Assembly: GCA_035285125.1 (NCBI GenBank)
Contig: JAYKHR010000044.1
Span: 1 to 39,801, forward strand
DNA length: 39,801 nt
Direction of reading: 5' to 3'
Source of the DNA: Candidatus Sericytochromatia bacterium
Lineage (GTDB): Bacteria > Cyanobacteriota > Sericytochromatia > S15B-MN24 > JAQBPE01
Shown piece after piece: positions 26,306-35,508 of this stretch (the stretch's first letter is position 1; the number at the start of each line of letters is the position of its first letter). Below the pieces are notes generated by a model, which saw nothing but the letters and a program-made list of their open reading frames with translations, was not told the origin of the DNA and did no database searches. A program made the translations under genes and the position numbers.

Positions 26306-28075
26306 ATGCTCAACAAGGTGAAAGCCTGGTGGCGGCGCAGCCACCACGCCCTCGAGGCGTCCCCCACCGAGCCGCTCGAGGTCTTCCGGGTGGCGCTCGA
26401 TGCAGCGCGGGAGCGCGAGGAGCGCGTCAAGCCGCTGTTCGACCAGTTGGCCTTCGCGATGCGGACAGCCGAGAGCCCCGTGCCGATCGACCGGGCCACC
26501 GTGCCACTGCACCTCGCGCTCGGCCCCGCCCGGATCAAAGAGCTCGCCGCCCAGATCAAGCTGTCGATTCACCTGAAATCGAACATCCGTGCGCTGCTCG
26601 ACCACTTCCGCGACGACCAGGCGGAGCTCGCGAAGGGAGAACGCGCCCTCACCTTGCTGGCGCGCCGGCCGGACCTCCAGGTGCACCCAGAGGCCCTGCC
26701 TCTCATCAACGGCCTGTTCCGCATCCTGGCTGCCACCCGGGAGGTCTTCCACGACTACCCCCTGTTTTATGACCTGTTCGCGGACATCCCCCTCGAGCAA
26801 CTCGAGCCACGAGCCCGGGACGACGACGACGAACCCCGCGTCCCCCAGGAACTGAGCCACCTCGTCACCGACGAGGCACCAACCGTCAGCGGCGGCGAGT
26901 TTGCCTCGCCTGATGACGAGCTCGACGCATTCGAGCCGGAGGGCCTCCACGCGGAGCTCACGGTCCTGCCCATCGAGTTGGAACTCGGCCTCGACCTCGT
27001 GCCCCTGGCGGACCCTGCCCTCGGGGGCACGCTGATGCAAAAGCTGGGCCCCATGCGCGTGGACATCGCGCAGGACCTGGGCTACGTGTTCCCCGCCCTG
27101 CGGACCCGGGACAATGTGGAGCTACGCCCCAACGCGTACGTCGTGCGGGTGCGGGGCACGGTGGTGGCCTCCGGGGAGCTGTTGACCGGCTACATGCTCG
27201 CCGTGGAAAGCCCCCAGGCCGAGCCAGAGCCCGAGGACGTGGTTGGTTTTCCGACGCGCGACCCGGTCACCCAGCGCGCGGCGATGTGGGTGCCTGGCTC
27301 GGTGGGGGTGCGGATGCGGCAGCACGGCAACACCGTGCTCGACTGCGTGGAGGTGCTCGCCCGGCACCTCGATGCCACCATCCGCCGCCATGCCCACGAG
27401 ATGTTCACGCTGGAGGAGCTGGTCGTCGTGCTCGACTGCCTCCGCGACAGACAGCCCCAGACGATCGAGGCGGTGCTCGGCGACAAGCTGGAGCTCGCCG
27501 ATTACCACCTCATCTTGAAGAACCTGCTCCGCGAGGGCGTCAGCATCCGCGACCAGGTCACCATCCTGGAGACGCTGGCCGTCGCGGCGAAGCCCGTCCA
27601 CCCCTTCTATCTGGCCGATCACTTCGGCCAGAACAGGGCGTCGATGGAGCACATGATGCTGCTCGAGATGGCAGCCCAGATGAAGCCGCTGACGGACCCG
27701 GCCATCCTCACAGAGATCGTGCGGGTAAGGCTCGCGAGGCAGATCTGCGCCTCTCTCGCCTCGACCGACGGCACGCTGGACGTGGTCCTGCTCGATGCCT
27801 CGGTGGAGGGCCTGCTGCTCAACAGCATCCAGACCACGACGATGGGCCAGTCCCTGGAACTCGCCACAACGCAGCGCGAGCTGTTCGTCGGGCGCCTGCT
27901 GGCCCAGTGCGGGCATCAGGAGCAGCCCATCCTGCTCTGTGACGCGAAGGTAAGGCCCCACCTGCGGGCGCTCACGGAGCGGGAGCTGCCTCACCTGCGT
28001 GTGCTGTCGTACCGCGAGGTCCACCCCAGCTTCCAGGCCCAGGGGATTGGCACGGTCTCCCTGGTGGGTAGCTGA
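26306..28075 (+). CDS. FHIPEP-family protein: FlhA/SctV cytoplasmic domain fused to a soluble N-terminal domain, no membrane domain
   Basis: 'IELELGLDLVPL', 'DLGYVFPALRTRDNVELRPNAY', 'LKNLLREGVSIRDQVTILETL', 'LTEIVRVRLARQI', 'VLSYREV'; no TM segments and no MPGKQM/FYGAMDG motifs. Confidence 0.85.
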   Translation: MLNKVKAWWRRSHHALEASPTEPLEVFRVALDAAREREERVKPLFDQLAFAMRTAESPVPIDRATVPLHLALGPARIKELAAQIKLSIHLKSNIRALLDHFRDDQAELAKGERALTLLARRPDLQVHPEALPLINGLFRILAATREVFHDYPLFYDLFADIPLEQLEPRARDDDDEPRVPQELSHLVTDEAPTVSGGEFASPDDELDAFEPEGLHAELTVLPIELELGLDLVPLADPALGGTLMQKLGPMRVDIAQDLGYVFPALRTRDNVELRPNAYVVRVRGTVVASGELLTGYMLAVESPQAEPEPEDVVGFPTRDPVTQRAAMWVPGSVGVRMRQHGNTVLDCVEVLARHLDATIRRHAHEMFTLEELVVVLDCLRDRQPQTIEAVLGDKLELADYHLILKNLLREGVSIRDQVTILETLAVAAKPVHPFYLADHFGQNRASMEHMMLLEMAAQMKPLTDPAILTEIVRVRLARQICASLASTDGTLDVVLLDASVEGLLLNSIQTTTMGQSLELATTQRELFVGRLLAQCGHQEQPILLCDAKVRPHLRALTERELPHLRVLSYREVHPSFQAQGIGTVSLVGS

Positions 28076-28243
28076 CGCGGCACACACGGTGGTCTCGCTC
28101 CCGCTGAGGAGACCCGACTTCGGGCCGGAGAGGCAGCCGGCTGGCCTGCACACGCGGGGGGGGGGCGCACCCATCGCGCAAGACGACTCCCCCGGATTAT
28201 GACCGAACAGCTGAGGCCCCGCCGTCGGGGCCTCGCAACGCGC

Positions 28244-30322
28244 TCAAGCCTCTGGCAGCGAAAGCACCTGGCCGGGGAAGATGCGGCGGGCGTCCCGCAC
28301 CTTGGTGCGGTTCATCGCCCAGATGGACTGCCACCGGCTGCCGTTGCCGAGCTGGGAGCTGGCGATGGTGTAGAGGCAGTCGCCGGGCTTCACGCGGTAG
28401 TAAGCGCGGTTCCCGCCCTGCCTGACGGCCACGCGCGGCATCGAGAGCACCTGACCGGCCCTGATCTTGGCAGGGTTGGCCACCCGGTCACGGTTGGCGG
28501 CGTAGAGCTCCGGCCAGCGCCGGGCAGAACCCATCATCCGCTGGGCAATTGCAGAGAGGGAGTCGCCGGGGCGAACGCGGTACTCGCCAGCCCCGCCCCC
28601 CGACCACGCCTGCTGAGACAGCCGCGGCGCCGGGAGTTGATGGGGAATGGCAACGTGGGGAGCCTCTGCGGCGTGATGGGCCGCCCGGGTGCCGTGCAGG
28701 CCGCGAGGACGCCGGGGAAGCACGGGGGAGGAAATGGCCCCGTGCGCGGCCGCAACGTGACGCCCCCCGTGACCCTGCCCGGCGTGGGCGCCGTGGGCCG
28801 CTGGCATCGCCTTCGCGTGGTGCGTACCGTGTCCGAGGCCGGTGGCCTCCCCGTGGCGCTTTGCGTGGCCTGCGCTGCCAGCGTGGCCGTGGTGCTTTGC
28901 GTGGCCTGCGCTCGCAGCTTGGCCGTGGTGGCCGCCGGGTGCTGCAGCCGCGGAATGGGGGGCCGCATGACCCGCACCCTCCGCGTGATCCCCGCCCAAG
29001 GTCGGCTTCGCGGCCAGATGAGGCTCGGCCGCCGCGTGGCTGCCGGCAGCGGCATGATGACCTTCTGCGGCGCCGTGGGTCCGCGGCCGCACGGGCAGCC
29101 GAACGGCCTTGCCTGGCTTTGCGACAGCGTGGGCGTCGCCACCGTGGCTGTCCGCCGCCGCGTGGGCACCGCCGTGAGACGCCGCCGAGGCTAGCCGGGC
29201 CGGAGCCTTGGGCAACTGGATGTGGGGGGCGCTGGCATCAGCGCCGTGACCGGCCCCGTGCGACGCCGCGGAATGCGGAGCGGCCCCATGGGGCGCCGCG
29301 TGGACGGGCTCGGCCGCCTTGCCCCTGGGGCGAACGGGCAGCTTGATCGAAGGGATGGCGGGCTTCGCAGGGGGGCGCGGCGGCGTGACGTGCGCCTCGT
29401 GACCTGAAGCGCCATGGGCGACGCGAGGCGGCTCGGGCGCCTTCGGCGGGGCCGGCGGCCGGAAGGAGGCCGGCTCTGGCGCAGAGGGGCGACCGGCAAC
29501 CGGCGCTGCCCCCCGCGCACCGGCGCCGGCAGCGACCAAGGCAGCACCCTTCAGGGGCTTCATCGACACGATGTTGCGGCTGGAGAGCTGGGAGCGATCG
29601 AGGAGGTACATGTCGTAGCCGTCGCGCTCGAGGCTGAGCAGGTCGGTCTCGAGGTACCCGTCACCGAGGACCGCGTTGCCCGAGGCGTCGGTGACGCCGA
29701 GCAGGCGCTCGTCCATGGTCTTGATCTGAACGCCGGGCACGGCCTGGAAGCTGACAGCATCGATGACGCGAACCACGGGGGCATTCGCCACCGCCACGCC
29801 CTTGGCGTCCTCGCCGGCGGCGTGCGCGTCCTGCGTCAGCAGCGGCGTGCCTGTCAGGAACAAGACGAGCGCCGCGGAGATGCGCGAGGCCAGGTTGCCG
29901 ATGTGCTGCCGCAGCCGACGGGTGCGCCGCCGCAAGGAGGCGATGTCGACCACGCCGGGGGGGACCAGGCCATCCCGCACCTCGTCGCCCAGGGCCCCGA
30001 GCTCCACGAGCAGCTCGTTCGAGCGAACCGGAAGCTCAGAGAGCATCGATTCCAACATGAGGAGCTCGAACACGAGGTCATCATCGGACTCGTCCGAGGC
30101 AACCAGGCAGTTATTGAGCACCCGCGCAATCTCCGCGAGATCGGTGACGCGCTCCCCGCCCGCTGCGCCAGGACCCTGCGCGGCGTCGGGGGTAAAGCCC
30201 TCCCGCGCCTGACGGACCATCAGGGCGCCAATGGGGTCGGCCCCGGCAGGCAACTCCGGCGTGGCGGGCGTGGCCTGAAGGTGGCGGATGCGGCGGGGGG
30301 TGGGCGGCGTGGGACCGTTCAT
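28244..30322 (-). CDS. Double-LysM protein with His/Ala/Gly-rich linker and internal signal-like segment
   Basis: Two C-terminal LysM domains ('YRVRPGDSLSAIA...W..LY.AN', 'YRVKPGDCLYTIA'); start placed at ATG 30322 (GAGGA RBS, TATGAT -10 at 30376-30371); the ORF extends to 30472. Confidence 0.82.
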   Translation of the reverse strand: MNGPTPPTPRRIRHLQATPATPELPAGADPIGALMVRQAREGFTPDAAQGPGAAGGERVTDLAEIARVLNNCLVASDESDDDLVFELLMLESMLSELPVRSNELLVELGALGDEVRDGLVPPGVVDIASLRRRTRRLRQHIGNLASRISAALVLFLTGTPLLTQDAHAAGEDAKGVAVANAPVVRVIDAVSFQAVPGVQIKTMDERLLGVTDASGNAVLGDGYLETDLLSLERDGYDMYLLDRSQLSSRNIVSMKPLKGAALVAAGAGARGAAPVAGRPSAPEPASFRPPAPPKAPEPPRVAHGASGHEAHVTPPRPPAKPAIPSIKLPVRPRGKAAEPVHAAPHGAAPHSAASHGAGHGADASAPHIQLPKAPARLASAASHGGAHAAADSHGGDAHAVAKPGKAVRLPVRPRTHGAAEGHHAAAGSHAAAEPHLAAKPTLGGDHAEGAGHAAPHSAAAAPGGHHGQAASAGHAKHHGHAGSAGHAKRHGEATGLGHGTHHAKAMPAAHGAHAGQGHGGRHVAAAHGAISSPVLPRRPRGLHGTRAAHHAAEAPHVAIPHQLPAPRLSQQAWSGGGAGEYRVRPGDSLSAIAQRMMGSARRWPELYAANRDRVANPAKIRAGQVLSMPRVAVRQGGNRAYYRVKPGDCLYTIASSQLGNGSRWQSIWAMNRTKVRDARRIFPGQVLSLPEA

Positions 30323-30650
30323 GTCGGAAATACGTCCTCGGAAGGCGCGCGACGACTGGATGACATAAGCATCATACAACGCTGTCGCGGGCTTTGTCCC
30401 GTCACCCTGCAGCCGTCTCCCGGCGGGCGTCTCCAGGCGCGCAGCGTGCGATGACTGGTTCAGATTTACCACCTTATGTCACCCGAAAGATGTGATCGAT
30501 GACCAGGTCGGCGACGACTTGTGCCGCCTGTCAGCCCTTTGGCCGAGGGCATTGCAGGGTGGATCGGCGGAGCGGTTGCCGCTGTCACATCCTCAAGGCA
30601 AGCAGGCTGTTAGGATGTCCAAGCCTGGTACGTCTGAAGGGAGATAGGCT

Positions 30651-32120
30651 TTGTCGGCTCGCGTCCGAGTTCGGTTTGCGCCCAGTCCGACGGGCTATTT
30701 GCACGTCGGGGGGGCCCGGACAGCCCTCTTCAACTGGCTCTTCGCCCGCAAGCACGGCGGAGACTTCGTGCTGCGTATCGAGGACACGGACCAGGCCCGT
30801 TCAACGGACGAGTCGGTCACGGCGATCTTCGAGGGCATGCGCTGGCTCGGCCTGACGTGGGACGAGGGCCCCGGCGCGGCCGAGCCCCACGGGCCTTACT
30901 TTCAGACGCAACGCCTGGCGGTTTACGACACCTACGCCCAGCGCTTGCTCGACGCCGGACGGGCTTACCGCTGCTACCTCACGGCGGAGGATCTCGTCGG
31001 CCTGCGCGAGGCCCAGAAGGGCCGCGGCGAGGAGCCGCGTTTCGACCGCCGCTGGTCCGAACTCAGCGACGACGTGCGGGCCCGTTACGAGGCCGAGGGC
31101 AGGCCGAGCGTGGTGCGCTTCCGGGCGCCAGACGCCGGGGCCATCATCGTGGACGACGTCCTCCGGGGCCGGGTGACCTTCGATGCCGCCACGATGGTCG
31201 AGGACTTCGTGCTGATCAAGTCCGACGGCATCCCCACCTACAACTACGCGGCGGTGATCGACGACATCACGATGGGTATCACCCACGTCATTCGGGGCGA
31301 CGACCACCTCAGCAACACGCCCAAGCAGATCGCGCTGTACGAGGCCCTCGGCGAGCAGCCACCGGCCTTCTGCCACCTGCCGATGATCCTCGGGGCAGAC
31401 AAGTCCAAGCTCTCCAAGCGCCATGGCACCACTTCCGTGATGAAGTTCGCCGAGGACGGGTTCCTGCCCGAGGCGCTGATCAACTACCTGGCCCGGCTCG
31501 GCTGGTCGCACGGCGATCAGGAGTACTTCACGCGGGACGAGTTGATTGAAAAGTTCAGCCTGGAGGGCCTCAACAAGAGCGCGGCCGTCTTCGACTTCGC
31601 CAAGTTGGAGGCGATGAACGCGCACTACATCCAGCAGGCGGACCCCCTTCGCCTGCTGCCTGAGATGCGCACCCGCTGGCAGGCCCTCGGGATGCCGACC
31701 GACGCCGCCACCGAGGCCTCGCTCCTCGCCATCATCAAGAGCCTTCAGATCCGGAGCCGCACCCTGGTGCAGATGGCGGATGGGGGCCTGCCGTTCTTCG
31801 ACGTGCCTCTGGCCTACGAGGCCCCGGCCGTCGAGAAGCACCTGGGAGCCGAAGGCCTGGCGGCCCTGGCCGCCCTACGGGAGGCCCTCAGCGCGCTGCC
31901 CGCGGAGGCCTGGACGGAGGCGGCGCTCGAGGTGGCGGTCAAGGCTCTGGCGGAGCGGCTGGGTCAGAAGCTGGGCGCCATCGTCCAGCCTGCCCGCGTG
32001 GCGCTCACGGGGAGAGCGGCCAGCCCGGGCATCTACGAGGTGCTGCTGCTACTCGGCCCCACGTTGACGCTTCGCCGCCTCGGTGACGCCTTGGCCGGCA
32101 AGGCACAGCCTGTCAGCTGA
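30651..32120 (+). CDS. gltX: Glutamate--tRNA ligase
   Basis: 'RFAPSPTGYLHVGG' (HIGH), 'LRIEDTD', 'HVIRGDDH', 'KLSKRHG' (KMSKS); TTG start with AAGGGAG RBS. Confidence 0.97.
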   Translation: MSARVRVRFAPSPTGYLHVGGARTALFNWLFARKHGGDFVLRIEDTDQARSTDESVTAIFEGMRWLGLTWDEGPGAAEPHGPYFQTQRLAVYDTYAQRLLDAGRAYRCYLTAEDLVGLREAQKGRGEEPRFDRRWSELSDDVRARYEAEGRPSVVRFRAPDAGAIIVDDVLRGRVTFDAATMVEDFVLIKSDGIPTYNYAAVIDDITMGITHVIRGDDHLSNTPKQIALYEALGEQPPAFCHLPMILGADKSKLSKRHGTTSVMKFAEDGFLPEALINYLARLGWSHGDQEYFTRDELIEKFSLEGLNKSAAVFDFAKLEAMNAHYIQQADPLRLLPEMRTRWQALGMPTDAATEASLLAIIKSLQIRSRTLVQMADGGLPFFDVPLAYEAPAVEKHLGAEGLAALAALREALSALPAEAWTEAALEVAVKALAERLGQKLGAIVQPARVALTGRAASPGIYEVLLLLGPTLTLRRLGDALAGKAQPVS

Positions 32121-32131
32121 GCGAGGCGGCG

Positions 32132-33553
32132 ATGGGCACGAAGCGACTACAAGGCCAGGCGGATGACCGCTCATCAAGGAAGACGGCCCCCCTGTCCCGG
32201 AAAACGGGCCAGCTGGGAACGGGCAAGATGAAGGGCGCTCGGGGTGAAGGCTACACCACCGGGGCGTTACGGTTGCCCCCCTCGCGCCGCCGCAAGGCCT
32301 CCCGCTGGCGCAAGCTGACGCGGAGCCTCACCACCGGCGTCCTGGTGCTGCTGATGCTGACGGCCGTGATGCTCTATGGCCTGACGCAGTCCCTGAACGG
32401 CCTGAACCCCGCCCAGAAGAAGCCGCTGTCCGTGGTTGAGGTCGCCCAGGGGCTCGTGCCGATGTCCGAGCGCAAGGCCATCCTGCTGCTCGGGACGGAC
32501 ATCGCCTACGCAGACGGCAAGAAGGCCGCGCGCGGCGCCGTGCGGTCGGACACGATGCTGGTGCTGGGGGTGGGGCCGGGCGACAAGCTCGACGTCATCT
32601 CCATCCCGCGCGACACCCGGGTCCAGGTCCGGGGTCGGTGGGACAAGGTCAATGCCGCCTTCCACCAAGGAGGCCCCAAGCTCGCGGCGCAGACCGTGTC
32701 GCGCCTGCTCGGCATCCCCATCCACCACTGGGCGGAGCTCAACACCACGGGCCTGGAGCGCGTGGTGAACCAACTCGGCGGCGTTCGGGTCTACGTCGAT
32801 CGCGACATGCACTACGTCGATCGCACGGCCAAGCTCTCCATCGATTTCAAGCGCGGCTGGCACACCCTCGACGGGTTGCAGGCCCACCGGTACGTGAGGT
32901 TCCGGCACGACGAGCTCGGGGACATCGGCCGGGTGCAGCGCCAGCAGCAGTTCCTGCGGGCCAGCCTGGAGCGGATGGTGTCGCCTGAGGGGCTGGTGCG
33001 GCTGCCCCAGATGCTGACCACCGTGCAGCGCAACGTGCGCACGAACCTCACGGGCCCTGAGCTGATGCAGCTCGCAGCCTGGGGCGTGTGGCTGGACCGG
33101 GAGGATCTCCGGCTCGTGATGCTGCCGGGCCAGTTCTCCACGGGCAAGCTCAGCAGCTATTGGCTCGCAGACGGCCGGCGCGCCCACGAGCTCGGCGCCC
33201 GGCTGCTCGGCCGGGCAGCCGCCTCCCGCGGCGCAGCCAGGCTGCCGCACAAGCAGCGGGTCATGGTCACGGTGCTGAACGGCACCTCCCGGACGGGCCT
33301 CGCCAGCACTGCCGCCCGCGAGTTGCGCGCCGCGGGCTGGAACGTGCACGCCGTCGGCGACGCGTCGCAGCGTGCTGTCGGCCGCACGCGCGTGATCGCG
33401 CAGACCGGCCACAGCGAGTGGGCCTTCGCCGTCGGCCGCGACCTCGGCGTGCGGGCCGAGCAGGTCGACGCCTCGGTGGGCGACATCCAGACCGACTTCA
33501 CGGTGCTGGTGGGCGAAGACTACGCCCGCGAGCTGGGGCTGGCGTCTCGCTGA
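32132..33553 (+). CDS. LCP (LytR-CpsA-Psr) family protein with LytR_C domain
   Basis: Single TM; 'ILLLGTD', 'RSDTM', 'SIPRDT', 'RFRHDELGDIGRVQRQQ'; C-terminal 'VTVLNGTSRTGLA'. Confidence 0.94.
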   Translation: MGTKRLQGQADDRSSRKTAPLSRKTGQLGTGKMKGARGEGYTTGALRLPPSRRRKASRWRKLTRSLTTGVLVLLMLTAVMLYGLTQSLNGLNPAQKKPLSVVEVAQGLVPMSERKAILLLGTDIAYADGKKAARGAVRSDTMLVLGVGPGDKLDVISIPRDTRVQVRGRWDKVNAAFHQGGPKLAAQTVSRLLGIPIHHWAELNTTGLERVVNQLGGVRVYVDRDMHYVDRTAKLSIDFKRGWHTLDGLQAHRYVRFRHDELGDIGRVQRQQQFLRASLERMVSPEGLVRLPQMLTTVQRNVRTNLTGPELMQLAAWGVWLDREDLRLVMLPGQFSTGKLSSYWLADGRRAHELGARLLGRAAASRGAARLPHKQRVMVTVLNGTSRTGLASTAARELRAAGWNVHAVGDASQRAVGRTRVIAQTGHSEWAFAVGRDLGVRAEQVDASVGDIQTDFTVLVGEDYARELGLASR

Positions 33554-33574
33554 GCAGCGCCCCCACACACACAA

Positions 33575-33605
33575 CAGGCCCCTCCCGGTTGCCGGGAGGG
33601 GCCTG
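33575..33605. terminator. Likely bidirectional terminator between convergent LCP and pspA genes
   Basis: Perfect 14-bp stem caggcccctcccgg/ccgggaggggcctg with 3-nt loop; minus-strand tail TTGTGTG. Confidence 0.75.
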
Positions 33606-33626
33606 CTCGTAAAGCCGGTCGCGCAG

Positions 33627-34307
33627 TTACTCGCCGGCGCTCAGCATCTTCTGGTCCTGGCGGGACGCCTTCAGGGCCTTGAGCTGGTCCTCGGTGTCTC
33701 CCGACTCCAGCGCGGCGAAGCGCTCCTCGAGGGAGTTGTCGTTCAGCTCGCCGAGGGCAGCCGCCCGCGACTCGTTTTCGAGGACCTTGTTCTCCATGCG
33801 CTCGAACGCCGCCAGCGAGTCGGAACCGGCCGACTTGGAGAGCGCTCCCTGGATCCGCTTCTCGGCCTCCGCGCGCCGGTGGCGGGCGACCAGCAGGTCC
33901 TTCTTGGTCTGCGCCTCGGCGATCTTGGACTCCATCCGCGCGAGGTTCTCCTTGAGCTTCGAGACGGACGCGCGCTGGGCGTCCACCTGCTCTCGGAGGC
34001 CGTCGGCCGTCTGCTGGGCGGTGTTCTTGCGCTTCAGGGCCTCGCGCGCCAGATCGTCGTCACCCTTGTCAACGGCCACCTCGGCCTTGGCCTGCCACTT
34101 CTCCGCTTCCTTCTCCGCCACGGCGAGGCGCTGCTGGAGCTGCTTCTCCATGGCGATCGAGGAAGCCACCTGGGATCGGACCTGGACCAGATCCTCGTTG
34201 AGCTCGACGACGATCTGGTTGACCATCTTTTCGGGATCTTCGGACTTGTCGATGATGTCGTTGACGTTGCTACGCAACAGCCGGACGATGCGATCCCACA
34301 GCCCCAT
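33627..34307 (-). CDS. pspA: PspA/IM30 family protein
   Basis: 'MGLWDRIVRLL', 'EDPEKM', 'GDDDLAREAL', 'AFERMENKV', 'LEERFAALE'; GGAGG RBS. Confidence 0.94.
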   Translation of the reverse strand: MGLWDRIVRLLRSNVNDIIDKSEDPEKMVNQIVVELNEDLVQVRSQVASSIAMEKQLQQRLAVAEKEAEKWQAKAEVAVDKGDDDLAREALKRKNTAQQTADGLREQVDAQRASVSKLKENLARMESKIAEAQTKKDLLVARHRRAEAEKRIQGALSKSAGSDSLAAFERMENKVLENESRAAALGELNDNSLEERFAALESGDTEDQLKALKASRQDQKMLSAGE

Positions 34308-34470
34308 CGATGTTCCTCCTCGGAGACGTGCTTCGGGTCAACCGGGCGCCTGCCGTGTCTCGCAGGCGTCACCTGGCGTCATCGTAACACATCCAGGGCA
34401 GGCGTCAGGGCCGGGCAGAGGGCCCGCCAAGGCAGGCCGCGACGGTCTTCTCAGGCAGCGCCCGAGCCCG

Positions 34471-35508
34471 TCAGCCTCGCTGCGTGAAGCAGGGCTTGAA
34501 GCCCGTGTCGTCCACGAGGCCCACGGGGGGCTGCCCATGCGCGGGCAGCTTCAGCGTGATGATGCTGTCTCGCACCAGCGAGTGGTCCACCGTGAGGGGC
34601 GCCATGCCCCAGTCGCGCAACGCCTGTTGCTTCGCGGGCGTGTGGTCGGAGGCCCAGGCGAGCACCTGCCGCGGGGGGAAGGTGGCCAGGACCTCGGCAG
34701 CCTTGGCGAGCAGCCGCGGGTACTGGTGCTCCTGGCCCGGCAGCGTCATCAGGTGGACGGTATGGGGCAGTTGGCGCAGCTGAGCCAGCACCCGAACCCA
34801 GGCCACGGGGCGGCCGCCCTCCTCGAGCACCCACCGCTGATCATCCTGGTGCCCCAGGGCCTTGCGCAGGGCAGCGATGGCCCGCTCGGAGGGCCCCCAG
34901 GCGAAGTCTGCCCGCGTGCGGCTGTCGATGTGACGCACCGGGGCGGGCAGGCTGCCCACGTGCATCTCGTACACGGCTTCGGCGTCTGCCGCGACCATCG
35001 GCCGGAAGCCCGAGGCGGGCTCGGCGGGCGGCGGTGGCGGGGCCTCTCGGGAAAAGTAGGTCACGGAGGCGTAGCGCCGGAACCCGAGCTTGTCGTAGAA
35101 GCGCAGGGCGGGCCCGTTGTCCTGGTCGACCTCGAGGGTGAAGAGCTTCACGCCCCGGGCGCCATAGTGGTCGAAGATCCCCTCCACGAGGCGAGCCCCG
35201 AGGCCCCGGCCCTGGGTGTCGGGCGCGACGGCCACGAAGTCGATGTGCCACCGGGTGCGCTCTCGGCTGCCCGGCGAGGTCATGATGAAGCCGAGCACGC
35301 GGCCCTCCTCCTCCCAGACGTGCAGGTTGAGGGCATAGCGGTAGGGGTTCGGAAACTGGGCCAGCAGCCTGAGCATCGGGTAGGCGCGCTTCCAGCGCGA
35401 GACCTGGGCGCCGATGTCCACGCCCCGTCGGCCGTACTCCTCGCGGAAGGCCGCGATGAAGATTTCCCGGACCCGGTCGAGGTCGCTATACCGAACGCGT
35501 CTGAACAT
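34471..35508 (-). CDS. GNAT N-acetyltransferase (likely tandem GNAT)
   Basis: 'VAVAPDTQGRGLGARL', 'LEVDQDNGPALRFYDKLGF'; second degenerate GNAT-like half. Confidence 0.88.
   Translation of the reverse strand: MFRRVRYSDLDRVREIFIAAFREEYGRRGVDIGAQVSRWKRAYPMLRLLAQFPNPYRYALNLHVWEEEGRVLGFIMTSPGSRERTRWHIDFVAVAPDTQGRGLGARLVEGIFDHYGARGVKLFTLEVDQDNGPALRFYDKLGFRRYASVTYFSREAPPPPPAEPASGFRPMVAADAEAVYEMHVGSLPAPVRHIDSRTRADFAWGPSERAIAALRKALGHQDDQRWVLEEGGRPVAWVRVLAQLRQLPHTVHLMTLPGQEHQYPRLLAKAAEVLATFPPRQVLAWASDHTPAKQQALRDWGMAPLTVDHSLVRDSIITLKLPAHGQPPVGLVDDTGFKPCFTQRG

Noticed and set aside
30361..30590. 9-bp inverted repeat tgacataag/cttatgtca (30361, 30473) and an 11-mer cgctgtcacat shared with 36734
   Set aside because: Matches of this length are expected by chance across the window, and I could not assign a regulator.
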